A stretch of 47,760 nt of DNA. It comes from an uncultured Legionellaceae bacterium. GTDB taxonomy: Bacteria > Pseudomonadota > Gammaproteobacteria > UBA6186 > Azoamicaceae. The stretch spans positions 1 to 47,760 of the forward strand of contig CAZCHZ010000001.1 in NCBI GenBank assembly GCA_964498615.1, read 5' to 3'. The translations under genes were made by a program, and so were the position numbers. Positions within the stretch are counted from its first letter, which is position 1, and every line of letters starts with the position of its first letter. This document shows positions 32,395 through 41,716 of the stretch, piece by piece. Under the pieces are notes generated by a model, which saw only the letters and a program-made list of their open reading frames with translations, was not told where the DNA came from and searched no databases.

Positions 32395-33273
32395 TTATGT
32401 TACGACTAAAACTAAAGGTTCTGGAGTTTCAAAAGAAAGACCTGTTTGTGTAATTACACCGTCTAATTCAACAGTATAACCATCTGCAAATCCAGTTCCA
32501 GTAAGTGTATAAACACCATCGGCATCTGCTTCTGTAAATGTATGTGTTACAATAGTTCCTGATAAATCTCTGATTACAAAATCAGCATCTTCAAAGCTTG
32601 TAACGTTTTCACCACCACCTGCACATCCATCAGATGCGGTTAATTTAATAATTGTAGATGAAGCCGAAACTTGCAATAAATCAATATCGAAAATTCCAAA
32701 CAAATCAGCAGCACTCCATGTGCCTGGACGTAAAATTGCGCCATCATCTTCAAGTTGATTTGCATCTTTGTAACTAACAGTGATTAAAGTGCTTGGTGGA
32801 CGATCAGCAGTTGCATCCAATCTTTTACCGATATTCAAAACAACATCTTGACCTTTGATTTTACCATCTTCAGCATTTACACCTTTGATTGCTCCATCTT
32901 CGGTAAATTCGAACATCTGCATTTCTTTGTTGTGGAAAGATTTTAAAGCAGAATGAGAACAAAGACCAAGCATTGAAGTGAAAGTAGAAACTTTCTTACC
33001 AGATGCAGTTCTATATTGTTTTGTTCGTCCTTCGAAGAAAGTATCTTCAGTATTTGCGCTGGTTAATTCTTCCACATCATACAATGGAAAGATATTTTTA
33101 GCGGCAATTGCAGCATCCCATGTTGCCTTAGTTTTTGCCGCAGTGATGCTGGCAAAAGTGAATCCCGGAACCGCTAATACGGCTTTTATTAAAATACCTT
33201 CAAGACATTGCTCTTTGGCTCCGGTGTTTTTAAGTGCGCCAGATTCTCCGACACATTCCTGATATACAGCCAT
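32395..33273 (-). CDS. Major tail protein with C-terminal Ig-like domain
   Basis: 292 aa in the canonical position upstream of the chaperones and TMP. The C-terminal ~80 aa (FVIRDLSGTIVTHTFTEADADGVYTLTGTGFADGYTVELDG) is Big_2-like. Confidence 0.6.
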   Translation of the reverse strand: MAVYQECVGESGALKNTGAKEQCLEGILIKAVLAVPGFTFASITAAKTKATWDAAIAAKNIFPLYDVEELTSANTEDTFFEGRTKQYRTASGKKVSTFTSMLGLCSHSALKSFHNKEMQMFEFTEDGAIKGVNAEDGKIKGQDVVLNIGKRLDATADRPPSTLITVSYKDANQLEDDGAILRPGTWSAADLFGIFDIDLLQVSASSTIIKLTASDGCAGGGENVTSFEDADFVIRDLSGTIVTHTFTEADADGVYTLTGTGFADGYTVELDGVITQTGLSFETPEPLVLVVT

Positions 33274-33291
33274 TATTTTTGTTATTGCCCT

Positions 33292-33810
33292 TTAAAGGCT
33301 ACATAATTTTTTTAAACAATTTGTGTTAACTATTAAATCCATTTCAACAATCAATGTGTCCCAGACATCAATGGTAATAGCATTACCATCTTTACCTTTT
33401 TTTACGCTAAAATTCGCTCTTTCTTCATAACCAATTGATTTTTCAGCTATTTTTAAAACCAATTTCAATTGGCTAATAAAATCATTAGCCACTTTATACA
33501 ATACATCAAAATTAGGAACTCTATTTTCATTAAGAGTATCAACCTTAGAATTACAAGATATATAAAAAACAACTTTGCTAAATTTATATCCTGATAGATC
33601 CTGTTTGGCTTTCCATCCCTCAACTAACCAAATTAATGGATATTTTTTTGCTCCTGGCAATCCTAAAGCTTTATTTATTTGCTTTTTATTCATTGACTCA
33701 ATCCATTGATGCAAAGCCGCTTCATTGCCCCAGCTATATGCCACCGATTCATTTTCATGAATTACTTCAGAAGCAGCACACGTTAATCCAGATGAAAGAC
33801 TAAATATCAT
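33292..33810 (-). CDS. Tail completion/terminator-like protein (position-based)
   Basis: Gene order only. Confidence 0.35.
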   Translation of the reverse strand: MIFSLSSGLTCAASEVIHENESVAYSWGNEAALHQWIESMNKKQINKALGLPGAKKYPLIWLVEGWKAKQDLSGYKFSKVVFYISCNSKVDTLNENRVPNFDVLYKVANDFISQLKLVLKIAEKSIGYEERANFSVKKGKDGNAITIDVWDTLIVEMDLIVNTNCLKKLCSL

Positions 33811-34447
33811 AATAAGTCATTGGTTTAAAGCACATTGTTTGTGCATTAGGATAGTCCGATTCGTTTTCTTTCAAAAACTGATTCAAAGAAACTCTTGTAC
33901 TTGTATAACCATAATCAACTTCTTGAACGATTTTATTCCAAGCATCAACACGTTTATTTGCTGTTGATTCTTGAGTTGTATTCTGAGCTGTGATTTTACC
34001 TTCTCCAGTTCCTAAATTCAATGTTCTGTTATCTAACGACCAATGATAAAAAATATAAGAAGCCATTACGGTTTCAAAGATATCTATCGATTCTATAGTA
34101 GCAATTTTTTTAACCAATCCATCCCATGTATGTTTAGCACATGAGCCAGAATGAAAACCACAACCGCAACCACTGTTTAAATTGGTTGCATCGTAGGTTG
34201 TCCCGTTCAATAATTTACCCCATTTAGGATCGGCACCAGTTTTCAAGCTATAATAAATTGCATCTGTAACAATCTCCACATTTTCCATTAAATCAGCATA
34301 CAGGCATTCTCCGAATATCATTCGTAAAAATTCAGGTTCATATTTTTTGATATGAAGAATCAATTCAATATTGTTATTGACAACAATTTCATCGATATTG
34401 GCTATTCGATAGCTTCCGTATGTGAAATTATGGATTCTTGTAAACAT
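33800..34447 (-). CDS. Head-tail connector/neck protein (position-based)
   Basis: Gene order only. Confidence 0.35.
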   Translation of the reverse strand: MFTRIHNFTYGSYRIANIDEIVVNNNIELILHIKKYEPEFLRMIFGECLYADLMENVEIVTDAIYYSLKTGADPKWGKLLNGTTYDATNLNSGCGCGFHSGSCAKHTWDGLVKKIATIESIDIFETVMASYIFYHWSLDNRTLNLGTGEGKITAQNTTQESTANKRVDAWNKIVQEVDYGYTSTRVSLNQFLKENESDYPNAQTMCFKPMTYYDI

Positions 34448-34450
34448 GGA

Positions 34451-34714
34451 TTATAGTTTTTTTACAACGCCTTTTTTCTGATAAATAGCAAGAGCAACAT
34501 CGGAAACTTCCTGCTTATGTCCTTTTTTAAAGAAACCATAGTTTTCAGTAAACTCAATCATAGTTTTATTAACAAGATTGATAACAACTGGCGATCCTCC
34601 TTTAGAAAGATTTGATTGCGTTTCTTCTCCTTTTTCATCGAAAAATTGTTGAACATCACTTTTCCCTCCTTCAACAATTTCGTTTTTTTCTTTTAAATCT
34701 TCAGCTTTTGCCAT
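34451..34714 (-). CDS. Small head/neck-associated protein (position-based)
   Basis: Gene order only. Confidence 0.3.
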   Translation of the reverse strand: MAKAEDLKEKNEIVEGGKSDVQQFFDEKGEETQSNLSKGGSPVVINLVNKTMIEFTENYGFFKKGHKQEVSDVALAIYQKKGVVKKL

Positions 34715-34745
34715 AATGATATTTGTTTTTAATTATTTTTTAATA

Positions 34746-34767
34746 GCCCGAATAATTAAATCCGGGC
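34746..34767 (-). terminator. Short hairpin after the capsid gene (attenuator candidate)
   Basis: GCCCG-N12-CGGGC lies 20 nt downstream of the major capsid stop. No U-run. Confidence 0.3.
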
Positions 34768-34787
34768 ATTTGTTTTTAAATTATCAA

Positions 34788-36116
34788 TTACGGTACTAAT
34801 GGTTCAGCAGTAATTAATGTTTTAACGTTAGTAAACGTATCTTTAATCAATCCTATTTTTGTTCCATCAGGAATAATAACAGCAAAGAATTTTTCCAATA
34901 CGTGAGTTCTAATATTTCTTGCAAGACCAGTCGCGGCATTTGTTGCTACAGCATCTGTACGTCCATCAGTTTCCATATACATAAGCATGCTATCAACTCC
35001 TACTTTTACAGTAGCAAAAATATCACCAGTTACGAATTCATCAACACCAAGTGTTGGGTCTTTGATAATTGGAATGAAAACACCACCCCAATCTAAACCG
35101 TTTTGAAGAATATTAACAGATTGACCGTTTGATAAGGTATAGATACCATCAGCGGTTTTTTCTTGCTTCATATTTCTCCAGGCAATAGGATTAAGCATAA
35201 AAGCACTTACATTGAAACCTAAGTTTTCAATAGTCGCAATTACAGCACCCATCGCATCATAATTGTTTGGATTAGTGTTGATAGCCAATGCAGCATCTGG
35301 TGTAAATGCACTTGCTCCAGCTTTAACTGCATCAAGAACAACATTTGGTAATTTGTCGTTTATCAATTCACCAAACTTTTGAACCATACGGTTAACTAAA
35401 GCAGGGAAGAATCTTCTCAATTTAGTAGTAGTAAACCACATAACCGCTACTGGATCAGCAGATTTCTCTTGAGTGTCAAAACTCATTTTAACAATTGGTT
35501 TCAATTTACACTCTGTAGTAATTTCAGCGGTACCTGTTACGGTTTCATTTATTACAATAAGTGTTGCTGATTCCATTGGTTGAACATCTACTAATTCAAG
35601 AATTCTTGAAGCAGGGCTTCTATAACCAAAATAGCCAATTAGTTTACCAAATAATGATTGAACATTACTAGAAACTACTCCTGTAGAACCAGCGGCCGGG
35701 AAATCAGTGCTATTAACTGTATTAACCGACATTACATCAGTAGATGCAATTGCTTTGGATGTATCAATTGAAAACCCTTCTTTTACAGTATGATTTTCTC
35801 CAGAAACGGCTTCATCATACTTTTCTTTAAACAATTCTTCAAGATTTTCTTTTTTAGCATCAGCTGTTGATTTAGAAATATCAACAATTTTAACTCCTTG
35901 ATCTTCAACAATACCTTTCAATTCACCGATAACAGTATCTTTTTCTGTTAACTTTTCTTCAAATTCAGTTTTAAGGGTATTTACTCCTTTTTCAACAGCC
36001 GCTTCAATTGCTTTTTGGTTTTCACCAGCCTCGAAAATAGCTTTTTCTGCTGCGTATGTATCCGCTTCTGCGTCAGACATCGCATTAACTTGCGCTTGTG
36101 TTTTTTTTACAAACAT
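34788..36116 (-). CDS. Major capsid protein
   Basis: 442 aa, downstream of portal and protease. Coiled-coil N-terminal ~100 aa (delta-domain-like) followed by a mixed alpha/beta body. Confidence 0.65.
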   Translation of the reverse strand: MFVKKTQAQVNAMSDAEADTYAAEKAIFEAGENQKAIEAAVEKGVNTLKTEFEEKLTEKDTVIGELKGIVEDQGVKIVDISKSTADAKKENLEELFKEKYDEAVSGENHTVKEGFSIDTSKAIASTDVMSVNTVNSTDFPAAGSTGVVSSNVQSLFGKLIGYFGYRSPASRILELVDVQPMESATLIVINETVTGTAEITTECKLKPIVKMSFDTQEKSADPVAVMWFTTTKLRRFFPALVNRMVQKFGELINDKLPNVVLDAVKAGASAFTPDAALAINTNPNNYDAMGAVIATIENLGFNVSAFMLNPIAWRNMKQEKTADGIYTLSNGQSVNILQNGLDWGGVFIPIIKDPTLGVDEFVTGDIFATVKVGVDSMLMYMETDGRTDAVATNAATGLARNIRTHVLEKFFAVIIPDGTKIGLIKDTFTNVKTLITAEPLVP

Positions 36117-36133
36117 AATTTTTTTGTTTTAAA

Positions 36134-37024
36134 TTAAATAAATCTTCTTTTTTGCTCTTTTTGAGTGTCGTCTGACGGCTCTTTGGTTTCAAGTGTCTCA
36201 TCGGCTTGACCTTCGTCAAGTGATTTGGCGGCTTGTATTTCAACACTTATAGTGGGTGTTGCAAAATTACTTCCTTTTGGGACTGCGGAAAACTCCATTA
36301 ATTTCCCTTGTGTGATTGCATAAAAATATCCAACTTCATCAACATCATCTTTATTGGCAATTACCGGATAATATTTGTCCCAATTTTCTTTGTATTCTTT
36401 CATGTATTCAACTTCGGAGTTGGCGCAATAAATAATATCGCCCATATACCTCATTCCAACAGAATGGTTTTTAACCCACCCATTGGCATATTGATTATAC
36501 ATAAATAAATTCCTTACAGCATCAATTATAGATACATGTTGTAAGGCTTGTGTTTTCCCTTCATAATTAAAACCCAATTCTTTAAATGTAGTTTTAAGAA
36601 TCTTTGTTTTACAATCTTCTGCAATTATGAAAGCAAACCCATTTTTATGCTCTTGCATGTGATCAAAACCATCTTTATTATCCGCAACGGTCTTATTCCA
36701 CATATTATCTAAATGGACATCCCTATGAGAATCAAATAAGTTTGTTGTATTAGAAATAACTGTAACGATTAAATTTGGCAAATTAATTTCTTTAGTGTAA
36801 TCAATAGCCTTATCTGTCTGGTTAAAAGATTTAACGGTAATTTCATTTAAAGCTTTAATTACTTCATCCGTTACCCCTTCAACCTTTACTGAAACACCAT
36901 ATCCATCAGCATTTTTTAAAACTGATTTCTTTGCTTCAATAATCTTTGGAAGATTTTTTGAAATAGCTAAAAACATTTCGTCTTTAGTTTCGAAATTTTT
37001 GTCTAATTCTTTACAGTAAATCAT
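36134..37024 (-). CDS. Prohead protease/scaffold candidate
   Basis: Lies between portal and capsid. Acidic C-terminal tail. No catalytic motif confidently recognised. Confidence 0.4.
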   Translation of the reverse strand: MIYCKELDKNFETKDEMFLAISKNLPKIIEAKKSVLKNADGYGVSVKVEGVTDEVIKALNEITVKSFNQTDKAIDYTKEINLPNLIVTVISNTTNLFDSHRDVHLDNMWNKTVADNKDGFDHMQEHKNGFAFIIAEDCKTKILKTTFKELGFNYEGKTQALQHVSIIDAVRNLFMYNQYANGWVKNHSVGMRYMGDIIYCANSEVEYMKEYKENWDKYYPVIANKDDVDEVGYFYAITQGKLMEFSAVPKGSNFATPTISVEIQAAKSLDEGQADETLETKEPSDDTQKEQKRRFI

Positions 37025-37158
37025 TTGTGTACAGTTTTATTTCGTTCAATCATTTTTATTTTTTGCTCAATATCTTTTTTTGTTGCTGGATCTTTAACTT
37101 CACTAGCAGCGATTTTGAGTTTTTTAACGGTTTCTTCTTTATCTTTAGAATTTATCAT
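37021..37158 (-). CDS. Hypothetical 45-aa protein (not in ORF track)
   Basis: Own translation MINSKDKEETVKKLKIAASEVKDPATKKDIEQKIKMIERNKTVHK. ATGA overlaps at both ends (portal stop and protease start) fill the gap exactly. Confidence 0.5.
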   Translation of the reverse strand: MINSKDKEETVKKLKIAASEVKDPATKKDIEQKIKMIERNKTVHK

Positions 37159-38291
37159 GATATTATATTTTTAGATTTTAATTCTTTTTTAAATTCTTCT
37201 TTAGTTATAACTTCGGCATCTAAAAGAACTTTCAACTGATCAATAGTCGTTCCGTTTGTTTTCTGTGTTCTTTCTTCAACAACTGACATTGAATTTAAAT
37301 GACTATAACTAATATCTGTTATTGGTTTTTTATTTGGAAACTCAGAATTTAATGAATTCATCAGGTTTTTTGCTAATGGATATGCTTCACTTTCCATCAA
37401 TGATACTTCAGCCACTTCTTTGTTTTCAAATGTTGCGTTTTTTCCATATGGGCTTAATTCTATTGGAAAATTATACGCATCATAAACAGCTAAAATATCA
37501 GTTTCTACAACCTCATGAAACTTAACATTATTTAATTCAGAAGAAAGGTTTTTCGCATCTAATCCTTTATTAGAAACTATGATTCGATTTTGAATACCCC
37601 TAGTATTTAATCGATCCTCCATTTCTTCTTTCTGACTTTTCATACCGCCTCCCATTACCGGAACAGGTGCGTTTAATCCTTCATCAATATTATTGCCATT
37701 AACGGCTGCTTTTGGTGATACAATTGTTGTTCCTGAATTCTCAATCTGTATTCCTTTAGCAATTTGAGCGTCTTTAATGTTATTAACCTGAGTTCGTAAT
37801 GGTGTAATTCTTGAATAACCTTTTTGGGTTGTGCTATTTCTAACACTATCATAAAATACAATCACGTCACTTATCATCAATTTAACTGATTTATCATCAA
37901 CTTCAGTTATAATGCTTTCACCATCAATATCTGTTTTGTCTGGATTAAGATTTATTAATTCTAATGTCTTAAAATTACCAAACGATTGATATTTTTTCCA
38001 GATAATCGTATAACCGGACGAAAGAATATAAATCGCAAATTCTTTTAAGAATTCTTCTTTAGATTGCTTTTGATTCGGGTTATTGATTTTATCAATAATT
38101 TCATTGTTTTCAGAATCACTTAAAAATTCAACACTTGAGAACTTGCTTGCAATCTTATTGAAAACATTATTAAGAACGAAATTTTCTTTTTGAAGTTTAA
38201 AAAACTTTGTAGATTCAGGATAAAAAGTTTTTTTGTCAGATCCACCAATATTAAACGAATCAATTTCCATATGAATGGGCATGCCATTCAC
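37155..38291 (-). CDS. Portal protein
   Basis: 378 aa, upstream of protease and capsid. Start is GTG 38291 or ATG 38282. Confidence 0.55.
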   Translation of the reverse strand: MNGMPIHMEIDSFNIGGSDKKTFYPESTKFFKLQKENFVLNNVFNKIASKFSSVEFLSDSENNEIIDKINNPNQKQSKEEFLKEFAIYILSSGYTIIWKKYQSFGNFKTLELINLNPDKTDIDGESIITEVDDKSVKLMISDVIVFYDSVRNSTTQKGYSRITPLRTQVNNIKDAQIAKGIQIENSGTTIVSPKAAVNGNNIDEGLNAPVPVMGGGMKSQKEEMEDRLNTRGIQNRIIVSNKGLDAKNLSSELNNVKFHEVVETDILAVYDAYNFPIELSPYGKNATFENKEVAEVSLMESEAYPLAKNLMNSLNSEFPNKKPITDISYSHLNSMSVVEERTQKTNGTTIDQLKVLLDAEVITKEEFKKELKSKNIIS

Positions 38292-38347
38292 AGTTTCGTT
38301 TTTGGTTTCAATACCAAACCTAAATAATTTTAAACTATCCCAGAATG

Positions 38348-38617
38348 CTATGGCTTGTGATTGTCCTTAAATGGACTACGGGTGTTTTTCTGATTGAACC
38401 GATTTGGTGTCAGTATATCTTTTGAATTCTCAATAGCATCAATTTTATTCGAAACTATCTTATTATTCAATATTTCTGTAATGATATTGTTTTTGCATGC
38501 CTTACATTTTCTGCTTATAGTTATTTCACCTGATGCTTTGAATTTATCCAAATGTCTTTGACAACATGGACATTTAACCTCAATGAAAGAATTATTTAAA
38601 ATTGTATCGTTTGACAT
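38348..38617 (-). CDS. Com-like zinc-ribbon protein
   Basis: ATG 38617 (MSNDTIL...). KCPCCQRHL-x15-RKCKACKNN gives C-x2-C-x18-C-x2-C spacing, close to phage Mu Com (C-x2-C-x16-C-x2-C). The track's upstream extension would include the promoter. Confidence 0.45.
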   Translation of the reverse strand: MSNDTILNNSFIEVKCPCCQRHLDKFKASGEITISRKCKACKNNIITEILNNKIVSNKIDAIENSKDILTPNRFNQKNTRSPFKDNHKP

Positions 38618-38638
38618 GTTTAAACTTAAATTCAAAGA

Positions 38639-38646
38639 CAAATATA
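38639..38646 (-). promoter_or_regulatory. -7 box TATATTTG (candidate late promoter)
   Basis: TAnnTTTG match 21 nt upstream of ATG 38617, with TTTG about 21 nt further upstream. It follows a terminator directly. Confidence 0.5.
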
Positions 38647-38691
38647 GCAATATTATTCTTATTTAGACAAAATAAAAATAAAGAATATTGC

Positions 38692-38735
38692 AAAAAAATA
38701 CGGGTAAGGATTATTTTATAATCACAAACCCGTAT
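38692..38735 (-). terminator. Rho-independent terminator inside the packaging-morphogenesis region
   Basis: Minus strand: ATACGGGT-(loop with inner GATTAT/ATAATC stem)-ACCCGTAT followed by TTTTTTG. Confidence 0.7.
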
Positions 38736-38779
38736 TCTCCCGTAAAATCAAACTAAAACTAAAATGAATAAACCAAAAT

Positions 38780-39028
38780 TCAAATGCAATATACTAATTT
38801 TTTTTTGAAAACAAATGATTCTTGACGCTTTAATATCTTTGCATCACATAACATTTCAACGAAAAGATAAACAGTACCGTGTGAAATGCCATAACAGGCT
38901 GCTTTTTTAATGAAATCATTCATTATGAAAACATCAATATCACAAATTAATTCAATTAATCTTGTTCGTTCTTTTGTTACACGCATATGATTTTTAGCAA
39001 TGTAAGCTTCAATTTTATCTTTTCTCAA
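38780..39028 (-). CDS. Winged-helix DNA-binding protein resembling the Fur-family N-terminal domain
   Basis: RVTKERTRLIELI....ISHGTVYLFVEMLCDAKILKR parallels Fur R.T.qR..Il......is.aTVYR.L..l...G. The metal-binding half is absent. Start is TTG (uncertain). Confidence 0.4.
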   Translation of the reverse strand: MRKDKIEAYIAKNHMRVTKERTRLIELICDIDVFIMNDFIKKAACYGISHGTVYLFVEMLCDAKILKRQESFVFKKKLVYCI

Positions 39029-39039
39029 AATATATGTTT

Positions 39040-39204
39040 TTATGTTTGATAGGCTAAATAAGTATAACCTGGTTTCTTTTTAAATTCACGCCATTGTGAT
39101 ACAGTCATGAACGATTCTGTTTCTTTTCCTTCTTTTGTGGCCACAACTCTAAGTTTAGTTTCTGGATTAAGAAATTCAACTTTTACCGTTTTTGATTTAT
39201 CCAT
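39040..39204 (-). CDS. Hypothetical 54-aa protein (not in ORF track)
   Basis: Own translation MDKSKTVKVEFLNPETKLRVVATKEGKETESFMTVSQWREFKKKPGYTYLAYQT. Confidence 0.4.
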   Translation of the reverse strand: MDKSKTVKVEFLNPETKLRVVATKEGKETESFMTVSQWREFKKKPGYTYLAYQT

Positions 39205-39211
39205 AACTATA

Positions 39212-39337
39212 TCAGAATACTAAATATTTATAAGCATTACACCTATTGTTATTTATTTCACTCTTTGGAATAAACCTAAAAATATGTTTAAATGATGTAA
39301 ACTTTACTGTTTCTGTTTCAGATGTTTGTTTTTTCAT
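39212..39337 (-). CDS. Hypothetical 41-aa ORF (not in ORF track)
   Basis: Own translation MKKQTSETETVKFTSFKHIFRFIPKSEINNNRCNAYKYLVF. Fills a gap; weak. Confidence 0.25.
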   Translation of the reverse strand: MKKQTSETETVKFTSFKHIFRFIPKSEINNNRCNAYKYLVF

Positions 39338-39352
39338 AATATTATTTTTTAG

Positions 39353-39589
39353 TTAATTTAAACATTTTCGTTTCCAATAACCAACATCAACATGATGCGA
39401 TTTTTTCATTGGATCATCTGGTTTATCAATACAATGTTCGTTATCAATATATATCTTTCCGTTTTCAAAAATATTAGTGACTAAAACATAATCGCAATTC
39501 ATGTGATAGTATTCCCGATTTATTATATCTTGAAAAGGAACAATGCATCCACCATCTTTTCTTTCAAAATAATTAGTAATTGTTATCAT
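39353..39589 (-). CDS. Hypothetical protein
   Basis: ORF track. Confidence 0.5.
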   Translation of the reverse strand: MITITNYFERKDGGCIVPFQDIINREYYHMNCDYVLVTNIFENGKIYIDNEHCIDKPDDPMKKSHHVDVGYWKRKCLN

Positions 39590-39628
39590 TTCTTATTTAG
39601 ATTTATTTCATACAAATATAATCATTTT

Positions 39629-41137
39629 TTATTGTGGCATGAACAAATATTTAGCATTTGTGTATAAATATCGAATTCCTTCAGTTAATGCATCCTCCGC
39701 ATCATCATGTCCATCTTCAGCCTTTCCTTGTTTTGGATAAGCCATAATATGTTTTACAGCTTGTTTGTACTCTTGTGAATGATATGATTGTGTATCAGGT
39801 TCAACGAAATGTAAAAATTCAATAAACTGGGCATAAGCGCTAATTCGTTCTTCTTTATTTCCAGAACTATAATAACCAGAAACATTAATGCCTAAATTTT
39901 GCATTACAGTAACAAAAACACTTCCTTGGTTGTTCACCTCCATTTTATTTACATGGCTGCCATGATGTTCAATCTTAACCTTCATTTTACCAGGAGTTAT
40001 CTTACTTCCTTCTTGTGTATAAACCGCATCAAACACATAAATTTTACCTTGATTAACCTCAAAGAACCATGTACACAGATAATCAGCACCAGTATCAGCT
40101 ACATCGGTAAACGAATAACGCATAACGCCTTCACGATTTGCTGGTAGATGTTGAACCATATTCAACTTACCATACATCAATCCTTCTTCCGTTTCTGCAG
40201 CTTGATTGAATTGAACATTGTATGCGATTTCCGATATAGGCTTACTATCATCATTTAATCCTTTTCGTTGGTCCTCAAGAATCTTTCTGCTTAATCTTAA
40301 CGGGTCCATCAAGCCATCAATGTAATATTGTCGTAAAATAGGTGGCTCGATGTTATTGTAAACATCTTCGGCCGGCAAGCAAATATGACGAACATTCCCT
40401 TTCAAAACTTTTAATGCATGCGCAGTTGGATCTCTTGTTGATAGCTTTTGCATTATCAATATATAAGGGCAAATGGCTTTGTTTTTCATTCTGGTTCTTA
40501 AAGCCTTAAAACTTTCAACACAAGCTTTGGCCTCAATTGGACTTTGGGCGCCTTCATAATCAATCGGATCATCTTCACTTAAAATATCACCGTGCTTACC
40601 TGTTTTAGATCCTCCAGTAGTAAATGAGTAACGCATTCCTCCAGCGTTAGATTGAAAAAATGTTTTTGCAGATACATCACGTCTTATAGTTATTCCGGGA
40701 AAATATAATTTGAATTTATCTGATTGAATAATATCACGTGATTTTGTAGCGAACTCAGTTGAATTATTTCGATCGAAAGTATTGCTTAACCATGTCTTGC
40801 TTGGATCAATTGACCACAACCAAGCCTGAGCCATACGCGAAAGAATTGTTGTTTTTGATGTTCCAGGCGATATGTTTACAATCAAATTTCTTTTAATATC
40901 TTCCAAAATACCCATATACCACTTATCAGGAGCTATATGTGGTGGTCTTAATAAAACATATTTATCGATTACTAATTGAATTTCATCACATAAGTATTCG
41001 ATATGCCAATTATGAACATAACTATCAGTAACAATAATATCCCAAAACTCAACCACAAAATAAAATAAGCTTCTTCTACAACGTTCTGCCTTTATTTGTG
41101 TGAGTGTTGGGATATTTCTTGCAATGTTCTGTGGCAT
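39629..41137 (-). CDS. terL: Terminase large subunit
   Basis: 502 aa. Walker-A-like VNISPGTSKTTI, then acidic nuclease-half motifs. Confidence 0.8.
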   Translation of the reverse strand: MPQNIARNIPTLTQIKAERCRRSLFYFVVEFWDIIVTDSYVHNWHIEYLCDEIQLVIDKYVLLRPPHIAPDKWYMGILEDIKRNLIVNISPGTSKTTILSRMAQAWLWSIDPSKTWLSNTFDRNNSTEFATKSRDIIQSDKFKLYFPGITIRRDVSAKTFFQSNAGGMRYSFTTGGSKTGKHGDILSEDDPIDYEGAQSPIEAKACVESFKALRTRMKNKAICPYILIMQKLSTRDPTAHALKVLKGNVRHICLPAEDVYNNIEPPILRQYYIDGLMDPLRLSRKILEDQRKGLNDDSKPISEIAYNVQFNQAAETEEGLMYGKLNMVQHLPANREGVMRYSFTDVADTGADYLCTWFFEVNQGKIYVFDAVYTQEGSKITPGKMKVKIEHHGSHVNKMEVNNQGSVFVTVMQNLGINVSGYYSSGNKEERISAYAQFIEFLHFVEPDTQSYHSQEYKQAVKHIMAYPKQGKAEDGHDDAEDALTEGIRYLYTNAKYLFMPQ

Positions 41138-41673
41138 TAAATTTGAATTAATTTCTTGTATAACTCAAGCGTTGCTGTGGCATCACCTAAAGCTCTATGC
41201 GGATTATTGTTTTTAATACCAAAATGTATTAATACATTTTTTAATGAATATGATGGAAGATTCAGTTTTTTCTTTGTAATCAACATTGTGTCATCCTGAT
41301 TCATTCCATCCAATGTCTCTGGTCCAAATTTAGAATAAAGATAATTAAACCATGGTATGTCGAAAACTTTAGAATTATGGCCGATAATAGTATCTATTTG
41401 ATTTTTCTTTATGAATTCAGCAGCAGCAAACATAGCATCAACAATATGAAATCCATATTTTTCTAATTCTTCAACGGTTAATCCGTTAACCGACATCGCA
41501 TCATCTTTGTATGAAACTAATTCATCACTACCTTCTCTTTTATATGGCTTTATTAAACATTGAAAAGTGTCAACAATATTTAATTGTTCATCAACTGCAA
41601 TCAATGCAATTTCGCAAAGTCCGTTTTTTGTAATGGAAAATCCACCAGTTTCAATATCTAAAAATGCTTTCAT
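41137..41673 (-). CDS. DEDDh 3'-5' exonuclease (DnaQ/epsilon-like)
   Basis: ExoI FLDIETGG, ExoII IIGHNSKVFDIPW, ExoIII HRALGDATA. Confidence 0.85.
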   Translation of the reverse strand: MKAFLDIETGGFSITKNGLCEIALIAVDEQLNIVDTFQCLIKPYKREGSDELVSYKDDAMSVNGLTVEELEKYGFHIVDAMFAAAEFIKKNQIDTIIGHNSKVFDIPWFNYLYSKFGPETLDGMNQDDTMLITKKKLNLPSYSLKNVLIHFGIKNNNPHRALGDATATLELYKKLIQI

Positions 41674-41716
41674 AGTTTTATTTTTTACGTTTCTTTTTCT
41701 TCTTTACTCCACATGA

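Noticed and set aside
32395-33273. Contractile-tail (myovirus) architecture
   Set aside because: No sheath-sized gene lies between the connectors and the tape measure. The 292-aa protein with an Ig-like C-terminus, followed by chaperone ORFs and a 1362-aa TMP, fits a non-contractile tail.
37673-37861. 62-aa minus-strand ORF inside the portal gene in another frame
   Set aside because: It is fully nested in the portal coding sequence with no independent signals, so it is most likely a chance open frame.
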